Shown: positions 34,951 to 43,169 of the stretch, one piece after another
Layout of the letters: each line of letters starts with the position of its first letter
Numbering within the stretch: position 1 is the first letter of the stretch
From: Candidatus Poseidoniales archaeon
GTDB taxonomy: Archaea > Thermoplasmatota > Poseidoniia > Poseidoniales > Poseidoniaceae
Length of the DNA: 53,082 bases
Reading direction: 5' to 3'
Assembly: GCA_003602475.1 (NCBI GenBank)
Contig: QQSC01000005.1
Location: 10,021-63,102 of the forward strand
Position numbers and translations under genes: made by a program
The notes under the pieces: generated by a model
Told to the model about the DNA's origin: nothing
The model's input: the letters and a program-made list of their open reading frames with translations, nothing else
Databases searched by the model: none

Positions 34951-37395
34951 TCAGAAATCCAAATCGTCGTCTTGCCAAATTGGGGGTGTATTGGTGGTGG
35001 TTGTCCCCGGTTTGGTTTGGCTTGGCATGCTGGTTGCGGGCGGTTCAGTTACCTCAACCGGTGGGGCAATGTCCAGCATTGGAGAGGCGATTTGACCAGC
35101 TTGAAGAGCGTTCAGGAGGTCATCAGCACGTTGCAATTCCCGTTCTTCCGTTCGTTTTTCAAGAACGAGTTGTGCGGCGTTGACGAGCTGAGGATTCACC
35201 GGCGTTTGTTGTACTGCGGCGTGGCCGTGTTGTTGACGAAACTGCCTCGCATAGTCCTCTTTGTGGATTGCATCTGGAGTGCTCGCAGGCTCAATTCCGG
35301 GTGGTGTGGCAGGTTCAGAGGGCCCTGGATTGAATTTGGCCATCCAATCGTCAGCGGTTTCGGATGCGCGTTGGTAAGGCATGAGAGTGTTTTCGGCCCT
35401 TCTGCGCTGACGAGCACGCACGGCCACCACAACCAAAGCAAAGGAGAACGCACTCGCCAAGAGGACACCCGCCCATGCCTCAAGATAGGCCAACGACAAG
35501 GACACCCTTTCGGCCCAAACCGAGGCCTCATCATCTTCACCAAGCGGTTGCCAAGGCGTTCCGAGATAATCCGCTTCTGTGGTGTGAACAAACATGTCTT
35601 CGGGCGTGTAGCGAGAACGCAAGGTGGTGTTGAGATACATGGTGCCGTTCGAGGACTGATCTTGTGGCAATTCGGCCCAAGCACGCAAGGTGAAGGTGGA
35701 ACCAATGGGTACTGTATTGATTTCCATCGATCGTGGTTCAACCACGCCATCTTCGTAAACGGCCCCTTCTGGTGGGACGAGTCCCATCTCAACGGCATGA
35801 CTTGATTGGAGTTGAACCATCAGCCCATCCGCAGCGTTCCCGTCGTTACGAACTTCAAAAGCCATGGAGAGCCGGCCGTTTCGGTCAACCGTTTCATCCA
35901 CGACGGTTAGATTCCAACGAATCAAAGGGCTCACGCGCAGATTCACTGATTGTGCGGCCACAACTCGACCGGTATCGTCCACAACCTCAAGGTCCATGGT
36001 TCCCCTGGTGAAGGCCAAGAGTTCAGGACGTGAAACAACGGTGACCACGGCCAATTCCTTTTGCTGACCTCTGAGGAAAAACGCACGGTCTGTTTCCCCG
36101 ACTGAAGTGTTGAAGCCGTCGGTCACATCCGAAATGCGAACCGTGAAGGTGTTGAATGAATTACCTGTGTTTGTTACCGTGGTCTCAACGGCGCAAGAGT
36201 TGATCTCGTTGAGATCGTCGCAACCCTGGTGTTCCACTGAGAACTCAGCCCCAGTGGTTCGCACAATGGTAGCCTGTACCGTTGTTTCTCGTTGCAACAA
36301 CGAGGCACCCTGTGCAAACACAATCAGTTTGACACGAAGTTCACCTGTCAGCTCGTAGGGGGCTTGTATGCCTACTTCGACCACCCTGGATTCGTTGGGC
36401 GACAACGGGACGTCTTCCAAGCCACCAAACAGGGCCACGGTCCATCCACTGACGTTGAATCTGTCTGAGCGTGTCATCCCTGGCAACACTTGACCGTCCT
36501 CATCAACGGCGACCATGCTGATGTTGAGGGTGTTGACCGTGTTGCCCACGTTTCGAACCGTTATCTGTGCCCGACCGTCTTGGGTTGGTGATAGGGTAAG
36601 GTTGGAATCGACATGGTCGATGCTTACGTTTCGTTTTTCATTCATCAACAGATCAAACTGCCACGTGTGGGCAGCGAGGTCCAATCCTGAAACACCCGTG
36701 AGTGTGAACCTCGGCCCTGTTCCTGCCAGAGGCGCGCCGTCAAGAACTTCAGGAACGTCCACCCAAAGGTACACGTAGCCAGTCTCACCTTGCGTGAGGT
36801 TCAACACCGCTTGGCCCTGGGTGTTGCTGTCCATGTTCCAACCCCAGGACCATGACGAAGGCGAGGACAATGAAAACGTCACGTTGTCAACACGTTCGGC
36901 GTTGTTGGTCATGTTGACCGCTACGGAAGTTCTCACCGTTTCATCAACGACAAACTGAGAAATGCCATTCACACCCCAACTCAGGTTTGAGTAAGGTGCA
37001 ATTCGCACACTCATGTTGACCGAGAGAACAGCATCGGTGTCAACATCTCCTGTGATGTGAAAAGTGATGTTGCTGCTCTGAAAAGCTGAGGCATTGGACG
37101 CCATCACTTCAAACGTGAATTGATGGAGATGGTTGGCCGCTAAATTCGCGCTCGTTGGGAGACCAAGCACGGTCAAATCCGTATGATTTGAAACCACATC
37201 GATCGTTACGGTTTGGGTCACGCTGGCCGTGTTGTGAACGGTGACGTACGTGGTTACGGCCTCTCCGGGATGAACGATCACATTCTCTTCAGATACGGCT
37301 TCCAAGTTATCGTTGGAAACGGGCATGGCTTCAGCGGGTACCATGGAAGCAAAAAGTGGCGCCACGAGGATGGTCACCAACACCCACCAACGCAT
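34951..37395 (-). CDS. Single-pass surface protein with tandem Ig-like (NEW3/COG1470-like) domains
   Basis: Signal peptide. Repeated V.N.GN..D/N motifs (VRNVGNTVN, VTNTGNSFN, VRNDGNAAD). TM followed by RARQRRR and a disordered tail. Confidence 0.82.
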   Translation of the reverse strand: MRWWVLVTILVAPLFASMVPAEAMPVSNDNLEAVSEENVIVHPGEAVTTYVTVHNTASVTQTVTIDVVSNHTDLTVLGLPTSANLAANHLHQFTFEVMASNASAFQSSNITFHITGDVDTDAVLSVNMSVRIAPYSNLSWGVNGISQFVVDETVRTSVAVNMTNNAERVDNVTFSLSSPSSWSWGWNMDSNTQGQAVLNLTQGETGYVYLWVDVPEVLDGAPLAGTGPRFTLTGVSGLDLAAHTWQFDLLMNEKRNVSIDHVDSNLTLSPTQDGRAQITVRNVGNTVNTLNISMVAVDEDGQVLPGMTRSDRFNVSGWTVALFGGLEDVPLSPNESRVVEVGIQAPYELTGELRVKLIVFAQGASLLQRETTVQATIVRTTGAEFSVEHQGCDDLNEINSCAVETTVTNTGNSFNTFTVRISDVTDGFNTSVGETDRAFFLRGQQKELAVVTVVSRPELLAFTRGTMDLEVVDDTGRVVAAQSVNLRVSPLIRWNLTVVDETVDRNGRLSMAFEVRNDGNAADGLMVQLQSSHAVEMGLVPPEGAVYEDGVVEPRSMEINTVPIGSTFTLRAWAELPQDQSSNGTMYLNTTLRSRYTPEDMFVHTTEADYLGTPWQPLGEDDEASVWAERVSLSLAYLEAWAGVLLASAFSFALVVVAVRARQRRRAENTLMPYQRASETADDWMAKFNPGPSEPATPPGIEPASTPDAIHKEDYARQFRQQHGHAAVQQTPVNPQLVNAAQLVLEKRTEERELQRADDLLNALQAGQIASPMLDIAPPVEVTEPPATSMPSQTKPGTTTTNTPPIWQDDDLDF

Positions 37396-37487
37396 GAAAC
37401 ACTCAAACCCTCATCGTGTATCAACTCCGCGTTTCGGTGTGTTGGAGAATGCGTAGGTTTCATCAACGCCTCCTCCTACCGCAATTC

Positions 37488-37928
37488 ATGCCTCCGTTCT
37501 GGCCATTTAAGAGAGGGCAACGAGGACCCGAGCAAGTTGAGGAAGAAGCCCCTCCCATATTGACGTACAAAAAAGGCGAGAGTGCGGGTCGAACAACCAC
37601 CACCACAATCGAGGACAGGTCAGCCTACACCGATGCATTGGCCTTGTTTGGTGATGGTTCCTCTACGGTTAAACAAGCTGAGGACCAATCGGTGCGCTAC
37701 GAAGGCGTGACCGACTCACCATCGGACCAACCCGATGCTCACGAGGTTGACGCCCACGCAAGTCCCCTTACGGACGCCAGTACCGATTCCGATATCGGAC
37801 ATGAAGATGGCATTCATTCGTGGATTCATCATACCGATGGCTACCATTACAAGAAAATGGCTGATGGTTCGTTTGAGAGCACGCCTTATGTGATGCTTGA
37901 GAACGGCTCGTACGCTCCTTACGGCTGA
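37488..37928 (+). CDS. Small acidic hypothetical protein with aromatic C-terminal module
   Basis: ATG 37488 with TTCATC 29 nt upstream. Ends WIHHTDGYHYKKMADGSFESTPYVMLENGSYAPYG. Confidence 0.65.
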   Translation: MPPFWPFKRGQRGPEQVEEEAPPILTYKKGESAGRTTTTTIEDRSAYTDALALFGDGSSTVKQAEDQSVRYEGVTDSPSDQPDAHEVDAHASPLTDASTDSDIGHEDGIHSWIHHTDGYHYKKMADGSFESTPYVMLENGSYAPYG

Positions 37929-38591
37929 TCAAAAGAGGGTAGGTAGCGGGTGAATCAGCCCCTTGTGGTCATTGTTTGCATTGTTGACATCTCTAGAGAC
38001 CGCGTGGCATTTCACGGTACCTGCAGGCGTTGGAGACGGCAGAACTGCCTCCCGAACCCAAGCCGAGAGTTCATGCTGCCTGAGCAACACCGGCATCCTG
38101 TGATGCACCTTTTTGCAGTCTTCGTTGGCTTCCGTCGTAAGCATGGCAAACGATGTGTGTGATGTGTTCGAACCCTTCCATTCCTCATGCACAACGGCAG
38201 CATAGAGCACCTCGTCAGCAATGTGAGTGTTGTACCAAGGTTGTTGCCCAACTGGCGTCGTCATCCATTCGTACCAGCCGTCCATTGGAAGCAACCCACG
38301 ACGATGGTTGAAGGCGTCCCGAAACATTGGTTTTTCATTGACAGTCTCCAATCTCGCATTGATTGGTTCCGTGTTTGATGGACGAGACCAAGACGGCCGC
38401 AGCCCCCACGCCATTCGTTTGACCCTCATCGGACCGTTGGGATTGTTGGGGTCAAGATACACAACCGCAGGACGTTGCGTTGGGGCCACGTTCCACGAAG
38501 GGTTCATCGGTTCAAGATCCGACAGGTCAATTGATTCTTCAACAACAAGGGCCTTTTCAAGCGGGGTGGCCAATGCAAAGCGCCCGCACAT
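37929..38591 (-). CDS. SRAP family abasic-site protecting protein (YedK/HMCES-like)
   Basis: N-terminal MCGRF (Cys2), WNVAPTQ, INARLET, DGWYEW, HHRMPV. Confidence 0.93.
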   Translation of the reverse strand: MCGRFALATPLEKALVVEESIDLSDLEPMNPSWNVAPTQRPAVVYLDPNNPNGPMRVKRMAWGLRPSWSRPSNTEPINARLETVNEKPMFRDAFNHRRGLLPMDGWYEWMTTPVGQQPWYNTHIADEVLYAAVVHEEWKGSNTSHTSFAMLTTEANEDCKKVHHRMPVLLRQHELSAWVREAVLPSPTPAGTVKCHAVSRDVNNANNDHKGLIHPLPTLF

Positions 38592-38599
38592 GACGCTCA

Positions 38600-40357
38600 T
38601 CACACAGGGTCTTCAACCACGCCCATCAACGCCATCACATCGATTTCGCCCCCGTTGAGGGGTACGTTCAATTCGTATTGGTCAGCGATTGCGGGGTCCA
38701 ATTCACCAAAGCAGCCAACCCATGTGTCGTCAATGAACAATTTAGCACCTCGGCCAGCCAACCACGGACCATCGTTGGCCTCAAGAGGCTCTGCTCGCCA
38801 GGAGATGATGCCCAGGTCACGGCAGAACGCTTGGATTCGACCACGGACGGCGGCAAAACCTCCCGAACGTTCCGCAGACAAGAACGCCAACCGGTCCGTG
38901 TTGATGTGGTTTCTGACCACGGTCCCCAATTCGTAAACACGTTGCGGCAAGTCGTGGTGCTTGTTGGCAGCCAGCAGACGAATCAACCCTGGCATGAGGT
39001 GTTGCCGAAGAACGGTGTGATCGACGGTTATGGGGTTCGTGATGTGCGTGACATCGTGGTTTGGCTTCCAACGCATCTTGGAAAATTGGTCTTCCATGTT
39101 GGACAGCGTCAGCGACTGTATCTGCAAGAATCCCATGCCTTGGAAGGCTTCCCTTAGCCTTCGCCTCAATTGATGGTCCGGACGAGCCGTTGCGGTCAGA
39201 TGTGATTTGGGCCAATCTTGGCCAAGGTCTTCGTAACCGTGCCCAATGGCGATGTCTTCAACGATGTCAACGGGATGAAGCACGTCAAAACGCCATCGCG
39301 GCATCTCGATGTCGAGCAAGTGCGTTCCACGACTGGCCTGAGCCATCGATTGACTGCTCATTGGGGCTTCGTCCGGAGCGTTGACACGTCCGTGCAATCG
39401 CCCCCCCATTCGTGTTAAGGCCGTGACGATCTCTTGGTCGTTCATGGTCCGGCCCAGAAGGTGTTTGACAAGTTCTTCGGGCACCATATGGCGTTGACCT
39501 TCTGTGGATGGCATGGTGATGGTGTCTCCGTCGCAGGTGGTGATCTCGACCGATTGAACCTCGCCACCGCGCTCCCTGAGTTGCAAGCAAACGAGCATCA
39601 AGGCTGCTTCGCATGCTCTGGTGTCCCAACCTGTTACGTCGATGAAAAAGTCCTTTGTGGCGTGAGTAACCGTTGTGTGGGCCCCATTGATGATGGGTGG
39701 GAAGGAAAGAACATCGTTCGCCTGGTCCAGAATCAATGGAAACCGTTCCATTCCATCAAGCAAGTGAGCGTATTCTGTTCCTTTGGGGTGGTGCTGGAGA
39801 ATGTCACCGATGGACATGGGCTTGGTTTCCCCAAGAGGTACAAACGACGTGTCTGAAGAAACGGCTTCAACCCGGAAGGGGGGATGGAGCTGTTCGAGGT
39901 CGTGGACGCCAATCGATGCTCGTTGACGACCTCGTCCAAGAGCAAAGTGAAGTTTCTCTTGGTGGTCCATGAGGGCCTTGATGAACGCTTCTCGACCTTC
40001 TGAATCGTTGGGCACGGTGACGTTTCTAACGACCGCTCCGTAAATGACTGGACGCACCGATTTTAACTCTGGATCAACGGTCATGGTCAAGCCGCTGGGT
40101 GTTGAGGCCATGCCAGGTTGGCTTTCAGCATCGTGCAGAAAATTCCGCATGGCGAAGGCAAGTGTTTCACCACTCAGTAAATCTGGGCGGTCGGGGAATA
40201 TTTCGATGTCAAGCGTCTCGGGCGTGCACCCATCGATGTCGGTTCCGAGGAGAGGGAGTCGATGCTCGACATCCTCATGGTCGTGCGTGTAGCCGTGATT
40301 GGCCATGAGTTCGGCCAAAAGGGCTTGTGGGACAGAGATGGTGGGCATGGACATCAC
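38600..40357 (-). CDS. pheT: Phenylalanine--tRNA ligase beta subunit, archaeal type
   Basis: MPTI, DRPDLLS, QEKLH..GRGRQRASIGVHD, LSFPPIING, RFDVLHPVDIVEDIAIGHGY. Confidence 0.96.
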   Translation of the reverse strand: MMSMPTISVPQALLAELMANHGYTHDHEDVEHRLPLLGTDIDGCTPETLDIEIFPDRPDLLSGETLAFAMRNFLHDAESQPGMASTPSGLTMTVDPELKSVRPVIYGAVVRNVTVPNDSEGREAFIKALMDHQEKLHFALGRGRQRASIGVHDLEQLHPPFRVEAVSSDTSFVPLGETKPMSIGDILQHHPKGTEYAHLLDGMERFPLILDQANDVLSFPPIINGAHTTVTHATKDFFIDVTGWDTRACEAALMLVCLQLRERGGEVQSVEITTCDGDTITMPSTEGQRHMVPEELVKHLLGRTMNDQEIVTALTRMGGRLHGRVNAPDEAPMSSQSMAQASRGTHLLDIEMPRWRFDVLHPVDIVEDIAIGHGYEDLGQDWPKSHLTATARPDHQLRRRLREAFQGMGFLQIQSLTLSNMEDQFSKMRWKPNHDVTHITNPITVDHTVLRQHLMPGLIRLLAANKHHDLPQRVYELGTVVRNHINTDRLAFLSAERSGGFAAVRGRIQAFCRDLGIISWRAEPLEANDGPWLAGRGAKLFIDDTWVGCFGELDPAIADQYELNVPLNGGEIDVMALMGVVEDPV

Positions 40358-41935
40358 CTAACGAGCAAACCAATGGGGCAGCGGACGACCGTATCCAGCC
40401 AATCTCAAGCCGCTTACGGAGGCGGTTTCCGTATCGAGTGCTCGCAAATGTTGACGCTGAAGCATGTCAACGCTGGTGACCCCGACACGCCTGAGTTCGT
40501 GGGCCAAGTCGTCTTGGGTTCCCATCAACCACAAGGCCATGTCATCGAGGTCAGCGACCGGTACCTCGCTAGCAACGATGTGAACGCCAGCCGCAAGAAG
40601 GACGGCGACATCATGACCCGTGGCTGCGAAACCCAGCAGAACGGCAGATTGTGTGCTGCTGTCGGTGAGGTGTTCTTTGTTGGAACGGCCGATGATGGGC
40701 AGTGCTGCAGCCTCGCTCAAACCGGAACCGTCCTCAATTCGAGCCATGGCGACATGGACGTCGTGATGTACTGCCGAACGGTGGAGTGCCTCAACCCGTC
40801 CAACGGCTTGAATCAACATCGACGGTGCATTTTCTCGTGCGATGGAGCGCAAGGCGACCAGCAATCCATCAAGCTGTTCCGCGTTCATGGATGGCAAGCG
40901 GTCCAAATCCACGGCAAAGCCTCCGGCCATTGGAACAGCGTTCACCACGTCCGTTAGACGATCACCATCCACGATGTAAACGTCCATCGATCGAGGTTGA
41001 TTGTGAACGAGGGAGGGATGCTGGTTGAGCACGGCTTGCGTGGCTTCGCTCGCTGACTCCCCCGAGAGGTCCATGTCAGCGGGGAGATGCGGCATCATGG
41101 GAATTGGCAGTGCGAGTGGGTTGACCTCCTCCGTCACTCCGATGAGTGCGATGGTGTCCACCGTGGCGTAGGGCGGAAGACGAGGCTGGCCGCTTGGTGT
41201 CAATCCGACTGACGAGAGGTCGCTTGAAGACACCATGTCCCCCAAACCTTCCACGGTCAGGCTGTTTTCATGAGCAGACAAGCACACAGCATCGCTGGGT
41301 ACGTGAAGCGATTCATCAGCGAGTTCCTTGTTGATGGCATTGAGTTCCTTGGTTTCAAGTGGTCGGAGAACAACACCGGGTGGCGGTGTGGGGCAACGTC
41401 CGTTCACCACGATACAGCCACCCGTCATGCCGGCTCCGGGGTCGGGTCCGACATCGCCATGGACGACGATCAATCCATCTGACATGCCACCGCCAACTCG
41501 AGCTCCGCACGGTCCACGAACGACAAGACGGCCGCCCGTCATCATGGCCCCTGCATCGTTTCCTGCCCCCTCGAGGACAGTTATGTCGCCGCTGTGCATG
41601 GCGAAGCCGGTGAAATCACCGGAGAGTTGTTCGCAACGAATGCTGGTTCCGTCGTTTCCGGCTCCTAAGAACCCTCCAGAATCCCCTTGGATGGTGAACG
41701 TACCTCCTTTGCCAAAAGCAGCCGTCCATGAACCCAACACACCCAGTGCGCGAATTCTTGCCCCCTCCGGCAACCCGGGGCAAAGACCCAATTCCCCATT
41801 TTTGGGGACAGGGTCTCCAGCGTTTGTCCACCCGATGCGCAGGATAGCGTTCTGTTTGGCAGCTGCCTCGAGGCGAGGAACCAACTTTGTGTTGATGTTT
41901 AGAGAACGCTGGACGACCTCGGACGTGCCCGCCAT
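40358..41935 (-). CDS. Glutamate synthase-related protein: GXGXG (GltB/FwdC) beta-helix fused to a degenerate FMN-domain-like C-terminal half
   Basis: Repeats GDSGGFLG, GDFTGFAMHSG, GNDAGAMMTGG, GARVGGGMSDG, GPDPGAGMTGG. C-terminal LRALDTETASVSGLRLAG resembles the end of stand-alone GltB FMN subunits. Confidence 0.75.
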   Translation of the reverse strand: MAGTSEVVQRSLNINTKLVPRLEAAAKQNAILRIGWTNAGDPVPKNGELGLCPGLPEGARIRALGVLGSWTAAFGKGGTFTIQGDSGGFLGAGNDGTSIRCEQLSGDFTGFAMHSGDITVLEGAGNDAGAMMTGGRLVVRGPCGARVGGGMSDGLIVVHGDVGPDPGAGMTGGCIVVNGRCPTPPPGVVLRPLETKELNAINKELADESLHVPSDAVCLSAHENSLTVEGLGDMVSSSDLSSVGLTPSGQPRLPPYATVDTIALIGVTEEVNPLALPIPMMPHLPADMDLSGESASEATQAVLNQHPSLVHNQPRSMDVYIVDGDRLTDVVNAVPMAGGFAVDLDRLPSMNAEQLDGLLVALRSIARENAPSMLIQAVGRVEALHRSAVHHDVHVAMARIEDGSGLSEAAALPIIGRSNKEHLTDSSTQSAVLLGFAATGHDVAVLLAAGVHIVASEVPVADLDDMALWLMGTQDDLAHELRRVGVTSVDMLQRQHLRALDTETASVSGLRLAGYGRPLPHWFAR

Positions 41936-42070
41936 GGGTTTCGCTCTTGCTCCTTGCACAAATATCCATCCGTTTGGGGGGAAGGTAATCGGGGGTTGGG
42001 CAACCGGTCGCTGATGATGGATGAAGAACCCTTATTGAGGTCGTTCACGACGGGAGGATTGGGGAACAGG

Positions 42071-43108
42071 ATGACCATCAAAGTCGCCATCAACGGATTC
42101 GGTACCATTGGAAAGCGTGTTGCTGACGCAGTCGATGCTCAAAGCGACATGGAGATCGTTGGCGTCACCAAAACGCGACCATCTTTTGGCTGTGACCTTG
42201 CCGTTCGAAAGGGTTACCCATTGTACTGCACCTTCAACGATAAAGAGCGGATCGACGCTTTCGCACCGGCCGGTTACACCTGCATGGGCGGTTTGAGCGA
42301 CCTGCTTGAACAAGCGGATGTGGTCGTGGATTGCTCACCTGGAAAGGTGGGTGCGGCCAACAAAGAAATCTACGTTAACGCCGGTGTAAAATACATTTTT
42401 CAGGGTGGAGAAAAACATGCCATGGCTGAACGGTCGTACACCTCATCCGCCAACCACGAACAGAACCTGAACGCTCCGGGAACTCGAGTGGTTTCCTGCA
42501 ACACCACTGGGCTTTCACGAACCTTGGTTCCGCTCTACGACCGTTGCGGTTCACTCAAGGTTGAGTGCACCATGATTCGAAGGGCAGCAGATCCCGGCGA
42601 CTCAGCAAAGGGTCCCATCAACGCCATCAAACCCGTGCTGAAGGTGCCATCGCATCACGGCCCAGACGTGATGACCGTCAAACCGGAGATTCAAATCAAT
42701 TCCATGGCCGTTGCTGTCCCAACCACCTTGATGCACTGTCATTCCATCGTGGCTTTCCTCCCGCCAGGTCACGGTCTAACCACCGAAAGTGTGCTCGATT
42801 TGTGGCGCAATCAACCACGAATCATCATCATGAACGGAGGAGAAACCAACATCACCACAACCGCAGAGGTCATGGAATACGCTCGGGATATTGGAAGGAA
42901 GTGGGGCGATCTCCACGAAATTTTTGTCTGGGAAGACGGGGTCAAACTCGACGGAGACACCCTCTACTTCTTCCAGGCCATCCATCAAGAGTCCGATGTG
43001 ATTCCCGAAAACGTTGATGCGATTCGCGCCCTCATGGGAACCGAGTCAGATTGGAGAGCCAGTGTGGCGCAAACGGACGCCGCCATCGCCACCTACAACG
43101 GCATTTGA
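42071..43108 (+). CDS. gap: Glyceraldehyde-3-phosphate dehydrogenase, archaeal type II
   Basis: VAINGFGTIGKRVADA, FQGGEK, RVVSCNTTGL (catalytic Cys), PSHHGPDV, HQESDVIPENVDAIRA. Confidence 0.97.
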   Translation: MTIKVAINGFGTIGKRVADAVDAQSDMEIVGVTKTRPSFGCDLAVRKGYPLYCTFNDKERIDAFAPAGYTCMGGLSDLLEQADVVVDCSPGKVGAANKEIYVNAGVKYIFQGGEKHAMAERSYTSSANHEQNLNAPGTRVVSCNTTGLSRTLVPLYDRCGSLKVECTMIRRAADPGDSAKGPINAIKPVLKVPSHHGPDVMTVKPEIQINSMAVAVPTTLMHCHSIVAFLPPGHGLTTESVLDLWRNQPRIIIMNGGETNITTTAEVMEYARDIGRKWGDLHEIFVWEDGVKLDGDTLYFFQAIHQESDVIPENVDAIRALMGTESDWRASVAQTDAAIATYNGI

Positions 43109-43140
43109 ACTTCGTTTGGTTTACGCACCGAAGAGGTGTA

Positions 43141-43148
43141 TTGAAAAA
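43141..43148 (+). promoter_or_regulatory. TATA-like element TTGAAAAA, 29 nt upstream of ATG 43170
   Basis: Same sequence and spacing as the element at 17891. Confidence 0.6.
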
Positions 43149-43169
43149 CGGTCTTGAAGTCCCAACGAC

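Noticed and set aside
34771-35805. 344-aa plus-strand ORF
   Set aside because: Antisense to rnhB and the Ig-like surface protein, both of which have clear motifs; composition is not protein-like.
1368-37929. Convergent genes abutting or overlapping with no terminator space (1368/1370, 18693-18708, 20131/20134, 23905/23907, 37928/37929)
   Set aside because: Consistent with ordinary genome compaction; not evidence of a special system.
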